64,000 nt of DNA from an uncultured Candidatus Saccharibacteria bacterium (GCA_964610055.1 CAZSUC010000001.1:505692-569691), one strand, 5' to 3'. Shown: positions 48,893-59,478, counted from the stretch's first letter. The notes: a model not told the origin generated them from the letters alone. Translations and numbers: made by a program.

Positions 48893-49921
48893 ATGCCACC
48901 CGTCCCATACAATGGAATCTTGTCACATGAATCACCTGCCGATAGCCGTCTGGCAAAATTAGTCGTTATTATCCCTGCCCTCAACGAAGAGCAAACCATT
49001 GCTCATGTTATTCAAAAAGTACCTCGCCAGATCACCCAGACTCGTGATATCGAAATCCTGGTTGTCGATGATGGCTCAACCGATCAAACTACCGCTTACG
49101 CCCAAAATGCCGGAGCTTTAGTTGTTCGTCATGGTCATAATCTTGGCGTTGGTGCTGCTTTCCAGACTGGTATTCGTGAAGCATTACGTCTTGGAGCTGA
49201 CATTATTGTTAACATGGACGCTGATGGTCAATTCAATCCCCAAGACATTCCCGCTTTAATTCAACCTATTCAATCCGGCCAAGCCTCTTTTGTTACCGCC
49301 ACTCGCTTTGCTCGTCCTGAATTAATACCAGAAATGCCGGCTATCAAACTCTGGGGAAATCAATGGATGGCTCGTTTAATTAATTTTATCACTCGTAAAC
49401 ACTTCACTGACGTTTCCTGTGGCTTTAGAGCTTATACTCGTGAAGCCGCCTTACGTCTTACTCTTTTTGGCCATTTCACTTACACCCAAGAAACTTTTAT
49501 TGACCTAGCCTTTAAAGATATCGCCATGACGGAGGTACCGCTCAAAGTACGTGGCGAGCGTGAGTTTGGACAATCTCGAGTAGCTGCTAATCTGTGGCGT
49601 TATGGATTAAAATCAGCCGCTATTATCTTTCGCGCTGCGCGTGATTATCGTCCTCTTTATTTCTTTGGTATTCCCGGAATTATTGTTTTTACTCTCGGTA
49701 TCCTGAGCGGACTTTTCCTACTCGTTCATTTCCTGCAAACCGGTCAAACATATCCTTATCGTTCTCTCGTTCAGTTATCTAGCGTTTTAATTATTCTTGG
49801 CTTCTTATTACTGTTCCAATCCATGCTCGCAGATATGATGTATCGCAATCGTATTGTTACCGAAGAAGCTGTTTATCATGCGCGCAAAGCTGCCTACCGT
49901 CGTGTCTCAACCATCTCCTAA
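48893..49921 (+). CDS. GT2 glycosyltransferase with C-terminal TMs (polyprenol-phosphate sugar synthase-like)
   Basis: IPALNEE, VVDDGSTD, MDADGQF, DVSCGFRA, two C-terminal TMs. Confidence 0.88.
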   Translation: MPPVPYNGILSHESPADSRLAKLVVIIPALNEEQTIAHVIQKVPRQITQTRDIEILVVDDGSTDQTTAYAQNAGALVVRHGHNLGVGAAFQTGIREALRLGADIIVNMDADGQFNPQDIPALIQPIQSGQASFVTATRFARPELIPEMPAIKLWGNQWMARLINFITRKHFTDVSCGFRAYTREAALRLTLFGHFTYTQETFIDLAFKDIAMTEVPLKVRGEREFGQSRVAANLWRYGLKSAAIIFRAARDYRPLYFFGIPGIIVFTLGILSGLFLLVHFLQTGQTYPYRSLVQLSSVLIILGFLLLFQSMLADMMYRNRIVTEEAVYHARKAAYRRVSTIS

Positions 49922-51014
49922 TTCAAATCTACGCATTCTTTTCATTAGTCGCGCTCATGGCTTGAACGCTGGCGGAATGGAGCGTTTAAGTCATCATATC
50001 TTATCCGAATACCAGCAAAATCCTCGAATTACCGTCCACGCTCTAGTTCATCGCCCCGTCACTCATCGCTCACTATTTATTCACCGCCTATCCTCCTTAT
50101 GTTTCACCCTATCTTTAATTCCACGAGCACTTTTTCTAGCTCGCACAGTTGATGCTGTTCATCTAGGCGATCCTGTTTTAGCTCTCATCGGACGACTTAT
50201 TCAATTAGTTTGGCATAAGCCAATTGCTGTGACTGTTCATGGTTTAGACATAACTTATCCTCACGCTATTTATCAGTCTTATCTACGTTCTTTTTTCACT
50301 CAATTTAACGCCTACTTCCCTATCAGCACTCACACTGCTAAGTTATTGCAATCATTTAACCTAACTGGATCAGTGACTATTATTCAACCAGGAACAGATG
50401 ATTGGTTTACTCCTCACGAATACACCCATTCTGATTTAAGCCAGTTTTTAGGCCGCTCTATTACTAACCAAGTCATACTTCTCACAATTGGACGCCTTGT
50501 GCCTCGAAAGGGTCACTTATGGTTTATTCAAAAAGTTTTGCCCTCTCTTCCACCTCATACTCTTTATGTAATCGCCGGTATCGGTCCTGAATATTCCACT
50601 TTGCGTGTTTATCTTGATCAACATCCCGAAATCAGCCAACAGGTATGTTTGTCAGGACGAGTCAGTGACCAAAACTTACGCTTACTTTATAACACTGCCG
50701 ATGCTTTTATTGAACCAAATATATCGACTCAGAATGACTCCGAAGGATTTGGACTTGTTCTACTTGAAGCAGCGATGTGCGGTCTGCCTGTTTTTGCGGC
50801 TGACCTTGAGGGCATTCGTGATGCAATTACCCCTAATCAGAATGGGACTCTCCTACCTTCTGCCCAGGCTCAAATTTGGATTGATACTCTTTTCGGTTTC
50901 ATCAATCATCCCTATAAAAATTCCCACGCTCGTAAATATACTCTCACTCATTTTAACTGGTCCTACGTAAGCAACAAATATATTCACGCTCTGAAGCAAA
51001 TTGTAAAAAAATAA
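49854..51014 (+). CDS. GT4 glycosyltransferase (true start probably GTG near 49902)
   Basis: GGME, HGLD, GRLVPRKG, EGFGLVLLEA. Confidence 0.88.
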   Translation: MLPKKLFIMRAKLPTVVSQPSPNSNLRILFISRAHGLNAGGMERLSHHILSEYQQNPRITVHALVHRPVTHRSLFIHRLSSLCFTLSLIPRALFLARTVDAVHLGDPVLALIGRLIQLVWHKPIAVTVHGLDITYPHAIYQSYLRSFFTQFNAYFPISTHTAKLLQSFNLTGSVTIIQPGTDDWFTPHEYTHSDLSQFLGRSITNQVILLTIGRLVPRKGHLWFIQKVLPSLPPHTLYVIAGIGPEYSTLRVYLDQHPEISQQVCLSGRVSDQNLRLLYNTADAFIEPNISTQNDSEGFGLVLLEAAMCGLPVFAADLEGIRDAITPNQNGTLLPSAQAQIWIDTLFGFINHPYKNSHARKYTLTHFNWSYVSNKYIHALKQIVKK

Positions 51015-51023
51015 TCAGCTCTA

Positions 51024-51368
51024 TCAATCCCTACGCTCCATTGCTTCAAAAGCCATATTCACTAGCGACAAAACTACACTAAACAGCAATGCCCACCAAA
51101 AACTGGCCACTTCAAATCCAGATACAATTTTACTCGCCAATAAAACCATAAAAGCATTAATCACAAACGCAAACAATCCTAGGCTTACAACTGTCAGAGG
51201 CAAAGTTAAAATTAACAATAAAGGTCTTAAAACAGCGTTTAAAATGCCTAAAACTAATGCCGTTACCGCTGCCGCCGCTATGCTTGTTACCATAACTCCC
51301 GGCAACAACCAAGTTGTAACCCCAATCGCTAAAGTTGCCACTAGCCATTTAAGCAATAATTTCATCAT
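51024..51368 (-). CDS. 4-TM membrane protein, YvlD/holin-superfamily IV type
   Basis: LNAVLRPLL..LTLP...LGLF..VINA, FWWALLFS. Confidence 0.85.
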   Translation of the reverse strand: MMKLLLKWLVATLAIGVTTWLLPGVMVTSIAAAAVTALVLGILNAVLRPLLLILTLPLTVVSLGLFAFVINAFMVLLASKIVSGFEVASFWWALLFSVVLSLVNMAFEAMERRD

Positions 51369-51389
51369 AAGCTTAGTATACCATAAGCG

Positions 51390-52016
51390 TTATTTTACTC
51401 GTCGTACAGTCGTTAATAACCTCGTCTTCTGTTCAAGCGTGCCCATATCTCCTCGTCGATATGACGGTAATTCTTTACAAGCAAACGTACAGCGTCCATC
51501 TGGCCAGATTTTTCCGCTATAACTCCAACGTTTCAACCAAATCTTAACTATAGATTCCAAATCAACTTTCCAAATAACATTATTGTATTGAAATGCTTCG
51601 GGAAACATTTTGTGTAAACTTTTCAGTTCAGCCCCCATGCTCTCGAATATAAAATGATCCTTACATATATGTGGACCCATATACACCCCTTCAAGATCAT
51701 AAATATTTAAATAATCTTCTATCGCTCCCAAAATACCCGCGACTAATGATTTTCGGCTTACATGTGCGATTATGGCTTTCTCCTTACCTAGTAACCCTAG
51801 CGGCAAACAATCAGAAGTATATACCCCAGCCTCTATATTTTTCTCAGCAACCAAAATTCCATCGGCCACAGTCACTCCCCGCAATATTTTTTCTGCGGCC
51901 AGAATTACACCAGTATGTTGTTGTTTTGCCAATACTACCGGACTTTTAAAATCACGCTCTTGGCCACACCTCACCCGCCAGTTCCCGATCTCCAGAATTA
52001 AGATGGGCACATCCAA
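51390..52016 (-). CDS. YfiH/PgeF (laccase-domain) family protein, shortened
   Basis: Q.H, ADG, TSDCLP, H, GP.I, CT...SYRR. Confidence 0.78.
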   Translation of the reverse strand: MDVPILILEIGNWRVRCGQERDFKSPVVLAKQQHTGVILAAEKILRGVTVADGILVAEKNIEAGVYTSDCLPLGLLGKEKAIIAHVSRKSLVAGILGAIEDYLNIYDLEGVYMGPHICKDHFIFESMGAELKSLHKMFPEAFQYNNVIWKVDLESIVKIWLKRWSYSGKIWPDGRCTFACKELPSYRRGDMGTLEQKTRLLTTVRRVK

Positions 52017-53776
52017 ATTCCAACCTCATTATTGAAAAACACAGCATCTTGTTTTTGAAGAAAATTCTCCCAAACTTGATATTCATCTTGAGACAGTAAT
52101 ATAAAATCTGCTTGTTTGCAGACTCGCGCCTGAGATTCAATATTCCCCGCAAAAGCTAACTGAATTTCGGCTAATAATTCATCATTCACAGATAACCAGT
52201 AATCTTTAGTACGTACTACAGTTCGTCCTGTAAACATTGGTATACTCCAAAAACTATCTGGATTTTGCAAAAATATAGCTGACTCAGCGGTTTGATCCTT
52301 AATCCACCTCAAAGCCTGTATTTCTTCACGACTCACTCGCTTTTCGTCTTGAAATAACAAACTATCCATTGTTGTCGCCATACTTGCCCCGACCGGCATC
52401 AGCATAATCATCACTATACTCAAACCACCTGCTAACCAAATTAACTGCATTATTCGCTCTTTCTTAAAGCTAATCCATATACCAACCCAACCTTTAATTA
52501 CTTTCTCAAATACTCCGACCGTCATTGGCCAAAGCAACAAAACTGCGTGATACCAAAACCGAGATGCATTTGCTATTACAAGCTCACGCTCCGAAAAAAT
52601 AAATGACACTAACCCTAACAGAACTAAAGTCACACCTAATCCAACTAAAATTGGCTTTTGCCGAAAATACAGAGCTGACCCTAAGCTTGTAATTATTATT
52701 AGCGGTGCTAATTTCATCGCGTCCAATGCCGCTGTGTATGAAAATTGAGGAACAATCGCTATTCCTCCCTCCCCAGGGGTAAACTTTAGAAAAATCACCA
52801 ACCACAACCCAATTCCTAAAACATATACCCAGCGAATTACTTTAGAATTTTGCGAATTTAACGCTTGCATTCCGTAACTCGCACAAATTAAACCTAAAGC
52901 CGCTGTTCCTGTAACCGCATTACTTAGGAGTAAAACTAAAGCAAATACAGCAGCTAATCCCCACTGCCACAAAGTTAGTTTATCCTTGTTGCTTTGTACC
53001 CTGTTCAATAAACCAACTAATCCTAAAAATATTCCCGTTAAGAAAAAATGACTTTGAGGATAAACAAAATTATCCCAACTCGTACCAATAACGTAGATCG
53101 CCATCAAACCTGTTAAAATAAGCATCATTCTACTGTTTAAATGTTGCGCAAACATTCGATCGTACCCCCAAAACAACAAAGGAATCGTGATTAAAACTTG
53201 TCCTAAGACCAACCACGGTAAGATAATTAACCAGTTATCAGCTAAACCCATCACCAAAACCAAGGTTGCTAATCCGCCGTGCAATAAAGTTGGATATTCT
53301 AAACCAGGTGAATACGAAAACGGGTTACGATCAAACAATCCCTGTTCCATTAACGAACCATTAACTAATGCGGATAAAGTCGCAGTATCTCCGTTATAAT
53401 ATCCATGTGCAATCCAACCACCATTCACCCAACCGTTCCGAGATAACACAATTATAGCCCCTAAAAAAACTAGGCTTGTTACTAAAACAACCGGCACCTC
53501 TTTTTTCCAAGTTTTTATTAAGACTTCTGGTAGCCGCCACTTTTTCCTATTCCAAAATCCTATCAACAAAAACAACACTGTTCCGATACCATACACATAT
53601 ATACTTGGCCAATTCGACCAAACCATACGATCAGCTATGGTTAGCACTAACCATTCTGCCTCCACCATAACACCAACTAGGGCTAGCCACACCGTCCATC
53701 TCTCTATTTTTCCGCACAATGATACTCCCAATACAGCTGAGCTCAATAAGCCTAAACCAATTAATAACCACATCAT
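51998..53776 (-). CDS. Polytopic membrane protein, GT-C-like
   Basis: ~13 TM, acidic first loop (YNGD), YP..H, soluble C-terminal domain (EIQALRWIKDQT). Confidence 0.5.
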   Translation of the reverse strand: MMWLLIGLGLLSSAVLGVSLCGKIERWTVWLALVGVMVEAEWLVLTIADRMVWSNWPSIYVYGIGTVLFLLIGFWNRKKWRLPEVLIKTWKKEVPVVLVTSLVFLGAIIVLSRNGWVNGGWIAHGYYNGDTATLSALVNGSLMEQGLFDRNPFSYSPGLEYPTLLHGGLATLVLVMGLADNWLIILPWLVLGQVLITIPLLFWGYDRMFAQHLNSRMMLILTGLMAIYVIGTSWDNFVYPQSHFFLTGIFLGLVGLLNRVQSNKDKLTLWQWGLAAVFALVLLLSNAVTGTAALGLICASYGMQALNSQNSKVIRWVYVLGIGLWLVIFLKFTPGEGGIAIVPQFSYTAALDAMKLAPLIIITSLGSALYFRQKPILVGLGVTLVLLGLVSFIFSERELVIANASRFWYHAVLLLWPMTVGVFEKVIKGWVGIWISFKKERIMQLIWLAGGLSIVMIMLMPVGASMATTMDSLLFQDEKRVSREEIQALRWIKDQTAESAIFLQNPDSFWSIPMFTGRTVVRTKDYWLSVNDELLAEIQLAFAGNIESQARVCKQADFILLSQDEYQVWENFLQKQDAVFFNNEVGIWMCPS

Positions 53777-53865
53777 ACTCTATAACAATGCCAAAGTTTT
53801 CTTAAAAACAAAAGCACACCTTAACACGGGTTTTCTTTTTTCCTGCCCCCTGATACCTTAAATAT

Positions 53866-54579
53866 ATGAAACTTTCTTTAGTTATTCCGGCCTATAACGA
53901 GACTAAACGCATTGGTCCTTTCTTACATAGCATCGCAACATATTACCAGCATCACCAGGCACATATTCGCGAAGTTATTGTAGTTGATGATGGCAGCCAA
54001 GATGATACTGTTAAAATTGTAAATCAGTATATTCATCGCTTACCGCTACGTGTCCTGATCCATTCCGTTAACCAAGGAAAAGGAGCAGCCGTTCAAACTG
54101 GCATGCTAGCTGCTCGCGGTGACGCTATTATTTTTATGGACGCTGATGGAGCTACGCCAATTGGAGAATTACCGAAAATGATTGACAGTTTAGAAAAATC
54201 AGATATTGCGGTTGGTAATCGCTGGATAAGAGGAGCAAAAACAGAACGCCATTCTATTCTCAGATCATTTAGCGGTTGGACATACCGTACTTATATGCGT
54301 CTTTTGGGTCTAGGAAAAATTGACACCATGTGCGGATTCAAAGGCTATCATTTTAATGTTGCTCAAGATTTATTCGCTAACCTCCAAGAAAAAGGCTGGC
54401 TTTTTGACACCGAAATCGCCTATAAATCCATCCGTCGCGGCTATACTACCGCTAATTTCCCTATTCGCTGGACCAGTCAAGACGGAAGCAAGCTCTCTAC
54501 ATATACTCTTATTAAATCAGCTCTAAAGATTTGGCCATTAATTAGACGCTTGCGCCAAACTGAACCAAAATCTAAATAA
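53866..54579 (+). CDS. Dolichyl/polyprenyl-phosphate glycosyltransferase (DPG/DPM synthase-like GT2)
   Basis: IPAYNE, VDDGSQD, NQGKGAAV, MDADGAT, DTMCGFK, WLFDTEI. Confidence 0.9.
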   Translation: MKLSLVIPAYNETKRIGPFLHSIATYYQHHQAHIREVIVVDDGSQDDTVKIVNQYIHRLPLRVLIHSVNQGKGAAVQTGMLAARGDAIIFMDADGATPIGELPKMIDSLEKSDIAVGNRWIRGAKTERHSILRSFSGWTYRTYMRLLGLGKIDTMCGFKGYHFNVAQDLFANLQEKGWLFDTEIAYKSIRRGYTTANFPIRWTSQDGSKLSTYTLIKSALKIWPLIRRLRQTEPKSK

Positions 54580-54584
54580 CCGCT

Positions 54585-55754
54585 GTGCGCATTGTTTTTG
54601 TCACAACTCTTTCTTTATCCGGCTCCACTAACCGCGGCCGCATTATTCCTCTCGCTCAACAACTCTCCCGTCACCACAATGTTCATTTACTTACATTACG
54701 ATCCCACACCTCCGACTCTTCATCCTGTCCGACTGGTTTATCCTGTCACATAGTTGGCACTGAACCTTTTTATCGCCATCAAAACGGAAAAAAACGTCTC
54801 AAAAATATCAGTTTATTTGTTAACATGTTAGCGACTGCCTGGCATATTTTTCGCACTTTAACTCATCTGCGTCCTGACTGTGTTATTGTTTCCAAACCAC
54901 TTCCGCACAACACTCTCGGTGTCTTACTATGGCATTGGTTTAGCCGTCTTCATACCTCTATTATCTTAGATGTTGACGACTTCGAATTGTCCGCTAACCA
55001 ACTCTCTTCTTGGCTTCAACGCGCTAGTATTCATTGGTCGGAACGTATGGCTACGTCTTTAAGCAACCAAATTATTGCCGCCACCCCTTTTCTTGTTGAT
55101 CATTTTCAATTTTTAAAACCTAGTGCTTCAGTTCATTTGATTCCTACCGGCATTAATCCTGTCTCTTTGCCACTTCATCAGACATCTCACTCTTCGCAAC
55201 CCATTATTACTTATTTAGGTAGTTTATCGCGCTCATCAGGCCATCCAATTGAGTTATTACCAGCCATAATGAAAGAATTGGTTACTTTTCAGCCTAGCGC
55301 CCAACTCTTGATTGCCGGTTCTGGCGATGACGAGTCTTTCTTGCGCCAAAAAATACAAGAACTCCACTTATCAAAACAGGTGATTTGGTATGGAGCCTTT
55401 ACTCCAAACAATTTATCTGACATCTTAACACGCACTACTATAATCATTGATCCAATCAATAACAGTGTAACCGAAAGAGCAAAAAGCAGCTTTCGTTCCG
55501 TTTTAGCTATAGTTACCGGAAAACCATTAGTAACTAGCAATATTGGCATTCGCGCCGATATCGTGCCTCCTTCTTTTCATGATCGTTTTTTTGCCGAACC
55601 AAACAATGTTCATGCTTATGCCAAAGTAATTAACCATTTAATTACGAACCCACTTTCAACTTCCGAATCGTCTACTTTAATAGCTTACGGTCAAAAATAT
55701 ACTTGGCCCATTCTCGCTAATTCCTATAACTCAATTATTAACCACGCATCATGA
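54585..55754 (+). CDS. GT4-like glycosyltransferase (GTG start)
   Basis: MRIVFV, DVDD, IAGSG, GKPLVTSNIG, YTW. Confidence 0.75.
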   Translation: MRIVFVTTLSLSGSTNRGRIIPLAQQLSRHHNVHLLTLRSHTSDSSSCPTGLSCHIVGTEPFYRHQNGKKRLKNISLFVNMLATAWHIFRTLTHLRPDCVIVSKPLPHNTLGVLLWHWFSRLHTSIILDVDDFELSANQLSSWLQRASIHWSERMATSLSNQIIAATPFLVDHFQFLKPSASVHLIPTGINPVSLPLHQTSHSSQPIITYLGSLSRSSGHPIELLPAIMKELVTFQPSAQLLIAGSGDDESFLRQKIQELHLSKQVIWYGAFTPNNLSDILTRTTIIIDPINNSVTERAKSSFRSVLAIVTGKPLVTSNIGIRADIVPPSFHDRFFAEPNNVHAYAKVINHLITNPLSTSESSTLIAYGQKYTWPILANSYNSIINHAS

Positions 55755-58018
55755 TTACTGTTATTTTGTCTGTCATTGCACCACTCCTCTTTTTTTTCAT
55801 CCCCGGATGTATTTTTATTCGTTCACGGCAATCCATTATTCACGCTTCAGCGTTAATTTTTCTTACTAGCTTAGTTTTCTTTACTTTAACTAGTTTTGTC
55901 CTCACTTATTTCCATCTGTCTTTATGGTGGTGCTGGGGACTTGCTTTTTTAATTACTTTCTATGGATTTTGGCACCACCGTCACGAATTAATCGCCGCAC
56001 GACACCATTTCTTATTAATTCTTAGTGTTTTTCTCTTATTATTTGGCATTTTTTCTCTGCCGCTTCTTTTATTACGTGACGGACTGCCAACCGGAGACAG
56101 CCAAAAAGCCATTTACTGGGCCGAGCATATTTATACTAATCATCACCTTCCTGATTACAGTCAGAGCATAGAACTATTTAATCGTGATCCTGTCGACTTC
56201 TATACTCCTGGACTGCATACCCTAGTCGCCGCTTTACTACCAATCACTAGCCTTGCTCTTATCAGCGTGTCCTTCCTATCAATTGCCCTAAGTATTGCCA
56301 CTGCTTTTGTCTTGGCCGCTACTGCTCGTCTTATTTTCCCCCATATTGCCCGTCTACCTCTTATCTTTTTGACTATTTTTCTTATTCTCACCAACCTTAG
56401 ATTCTCTCGATATCTCATTGATCCTGGCTATCACTTACAAAACATTGCCGGAGAATTTTTCTTATTCGGAGCAATATATCTTTGTCTTTTATTAGTTCGA
56501 CATCATTTAACCTGGCCTCGCGTCACTCTTTTAGCCGCGCTCTTAGTCGCGCTATTTATCACCCATCAATTCTCTGCCTTTATTGCGGCTTTTGTCCTCC
56601 TGCCTTTTGCCGTCCCCCTCACACTTAAAGCTTTTGCCTCTGCTCGCAATCGTTATCGCTTTTTGCCCTTTATTCTTGGGATTCTGATTGCAACTCTAAT
56701 ATTAATTGCCTTTCAGCTAGGCTTGCATCAAAAAATTGGTGATTTCTTTACTACGACTCCGCATTTGCTTGCAGATACTCCGAACTTATCCGACTACCCT
56801 CGTCTTCTGGGCATCACCTGGACCTTCTTAAGTTTAACCGGAATTGGCTTATTCATTATTTCTCTACGCTCATCTTCTCAACGTTCATTGCATCTAACCT
56901 ACTTGATTTCCCTTCTGGTCTTACTTGCTCTTTCCCAAGCCCCACATTTTGGTCTTGATATCCCCCCTGTGCGCGCTTTGTTCTACGTTATTGCACCTCT
57001 AAGTATTTTTGCTGCTTTTGCTTGGATAGAAATTTATAAATTAATGCTTACCTGGCGTTCTAATCGTTGGCGTTATATTTTACCTACTTTATCTTCAATT
57101 ATACTAATTACAATTATTACTATTCCAGCCATTGCTTCATACCAACCCAATTTTTCTGTTCGTACTAATTCAACCTTACAACCCGAAATTATAGCGGCCT
57201 TATCCGAACTTAACTTACTCTCTGACAAATCCGGTTTAGTTGCTGACGATTACAATCAGCGCAGCACCTCTTGGTTTCTTTTATCTAGCCACCCCGTTTT
57301 TTCTCGATCCGCTGATGACTTAAGTCGCATTATGGCTGAATCCAATCAATCTGAATTACGTCACACTATTTACTTAAACCAACTTGACTACGAAAAAATA
57401 TTTGATCTAGGCAATTCCGACTGTTTACCAGCTCTACTGAATGCTCATGACATCAATTGGATTGTCGCCGACAATGACACATCTACCTCAAGCTTTACTC
57501 GTAATCAAAACCTTCAAACAGTTTTTACCGGCTCAACTTTCACTATCTTTCATTATAACGAGCAAGATATTAATGATTCTTCTCCTCTCTGTTCCTGGCT
57601 CTTGAAATCAAGCACTTTAGCTAATGACTTAGGTGATGACGAAGATATTTACTTGCACTTACCTGCCAGCTTACGCACTACTCGCCTCGATGATAACGGC
57701 AATACTACTGCTCCTATCATCCCACTATATTTTAACGTCGGTACCTACAATCAAGCTCTTATTGATCAAGACAAAAATCAGTACCCTGATTCATCCTTAC
57801 AGCTTTATCTTAGTTTCAACACTTCTCCCCATACTAATCTCACAGTTCAAACACCCAGCGGAACAATTTTACCCATTACTTCCGATTCCGCACTGAAAAT
57901 CGAACCACAACAACTTAAAATCGATAATGAAGGATTTATTGTTCTTAATCTCTTAAATCCCCAACAAAGTCTTGTTAATCTTGATCTTATTGCTTTAGGT
58001 TTAGCTAATACCCCATGA
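55751..58018 (+). CDS. Large polytopic membrane protein, GT-C-like, with soluble C-terminal domain
   Basis: ~13 TM; LPTGD, FYTPGLH, THQFS; ~290-aa extramembrane tail. Confidence 0.55.
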   Translation: MITVILSVIAPLLFFFIPGCIFIRSRQSIIHASALIFLTSLVFFTLTSFVLTYFHLSLWWCWGLAFLITFYGFWHHRHELIAARHHFLLILSVFLLLFGIFSLPLLLLRDGLPTGDSQKAIYWAEHIYTNHHLPDYSQSIELFNRDPVDFYTPGLHTLVAALLPITSLALISVSFLSIALSIATAFVLAATARLIFPHIARLPLIFLTIFLILTNLRFSRYLIDPGYHLQNIAGEFFLFGAIYLCLLLVRHHLTWPRVTLLAALLVALFITHQFSAFIAAFVLLPFAVPLTLKAFASARNRYRFLPFILGILIATLILIAFQLGLHQKIGDFFTTTPHLLADTPNLSDYPRLLGITWTFLSLTGIGLFIISLRSSSQRSLHLTYLISLLVLLALSQAPHFGLDIPPVRALFYVIAPLSIFAAFAWIEIYKLMLTWRSNRWRYILPTLSSIILITIITIPAIASYQPNFSVRTNSTLQPEIIAALSELNLLSDKSGLVADDYNQRSTSWFLLSSHPVFSRSADDLSRIMAESNQSELRHTIYLNQLDYEKIFDLGNSDCLPALLNAHDINWIVADNDTSTSSFTRNQNLQTVFTGSTFTIFHYNEQDINDSSPLCSWLLKSSTLANDLGDDEDIYLHLPASLRTTRLDDNGNTTAPIIPLYFNVGTYNQALIDQDKNQYPDSSLQLYLSFNTSPHTNLTVQTPSGTILPITSDSALKIEPQQLKIDNEGFIVLNLLNPQQSLVNLDLIALGLANTP

Positions 58019-59478
58019 ATAAATCCAATACCCCTCAATCACGTTTAACCGGCGCCGTCGCCCTACTCATTTCACAAGCCATTGTCTTAGTTTTTGGCTA
58101 TGTTGCCCACCTTTGGATCGGAAGACATCTTGGTCCCGAAGCCTATGGTACATACGGCATCGTTCTGTCTTTACAAACTATCTTTGGCTTAATTCTTACA
58201 CTCGGCGTTCCTGTTGCAATTTCCCGTTTTGTCGCTCAAGACACTACGCACGCTCGAGCTATTTTAAGACGCGGCTTAACCTTACAACTTGGCATTAGCT
58301 TAATCGTTGCGAGTCTTGTTGCTTCTTTCAGTCCACTCCTCGCCCGCATTCTTGGCGACAATAGCCTAACTCCATATATTATTTTTGTCGCTATCGTTAT
58401 CTTTTTTCAGTCCTTTTATCCTGTCTTCTCACAATATTTAAGCGGAGCCCATCAATTTAATCGTCAGGCCCTATTAACCAGTTTATATGCAACCGCAAAA
58501 CTCGCTGGAGCCCTTGCTCTTATGTACACCTTTCATGTCTATGGCGCCTTAGCCGGTTTTATTGTCGGTGGAATTTTTGCCGGAATTCTCGGTTGGTATT
58601 GGACCAAACCACACTTGCAACCCGGAGTATCACCTCACTCTTATCGCGCATATCTTTCTTTCGCCGGTATTTATGTTCTTGTCCTTGTTGGTTTGCAATT
58701 ACTGATTAGTCTGGATTTATTTATGGTTAAAGCCTTGCTTCGTTCCGACGAACTAACTGGTTACTACAATGCCGCCGTTACTTTGTCACGCATTCCCTTT
58801 ACCTTACTCCAATCCCTCGCCTTTATTCTTTTACCAAGCGTTTCCCGTCTCACTAAGCCTGGCGAATCTCACGTTATCGCTGCCCAGTTCATTTCCGACA
58901 CTATTCGTTATCTTATCGCCTTAATCGTACCTGGAACATTACTCGCCGCTACCACAAGCCAAACGCTTATTACCTTATTTTATTCCCATGCCTATGATCC
59001 TGCCTCTTCTATCTTGTCAATTTTAATTATTGGATTAGGCGCTTTAGCTTTCTTCCAATTACTAGTTAGTATTGTGGCTGGAGCCGGACGTCCTGGCATT
59101 GCTTTGTACATTACTATTTTCTTATGCCTTCTCAGTATTAGTCTTGGATTTATCTTGATTCCTACATTTGGCACCATAGGAGCTGCTTGGCAAACGACTA
59201 TCTCTGGTATCGCTGGGCTCATCTTGCTCGGTGCCTACACTTTCCGATCATTCCATATTCCTTTGCCAATCAAAAGCATTATCAATATTCTCATGGCATC
59301 TATTATTGCCGTATTGCCAACTTATTTGTGGCACACTAACTCTATTACTATTATTCCAACATATCTCTTAGCTGGCTTGATTTATCTACTCATATTGTTT
59401 GCCTTACAGGAAGTAAAGCCCTCTGATCGCTCTCGCTTGTCTCGCATCCACCCCTGGCTTAAATGGGTTGCTCCCTAA
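58015..59478 (+). CDS. Wzx/MOP-family polysaccharide flippase
   Basis: RHLGPEAYG, D..MV, GYYNAA, LIPTFGTIGAA. Confidence 0.88.
   Translation: MNKSNTPQSRLTGAVALLISQAIVLVFGYVAHLWIGRHLGPEAYGTYGIVLSLQTIFGLILTLGVPVAISRFVAQDTTHARAILRRGLTLQLGISLIVASLVASFSPLLARILGDNSLTPYIIFVAIVIFFQSFYPVFSQYLSGAHQFNRQALLTSLYATAKLAGALALMYTFHVYGALAGFIVGGIFAGILGWYWTKPHLQPGVSPHSYRAYLSFAGIYVLVLVGLQLLISLDLFMVKALLRSDELTGYYNAAVTLSRIPFTLLQSLAFILLPSVSRLTKPGESHVIAAQFISDTIRYLIALIVPGTLLAATTSQTLITLFYSHAYDPASSILSILIIGLGALAFFQLLVSIVAGAGRPGIALYITIFLCLLSISLGFILIPTFGTIGAAWQTTISGIAGLILLGAYTFRSFHIPLPIKSIINILMASIIAVLPTYLWHTNSITIIPTYLLAGLIYLLILFALQEVKPSDRSRLSRIHPWLKWVAP

Noticed and set aside
51024-51368. Prophage inferred from the holin-like and baseplate-like genes
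   Set aside because: The two genes are over 30 kb apart among housekeeping genes, with no integrase, terminase, capsid or att repeats
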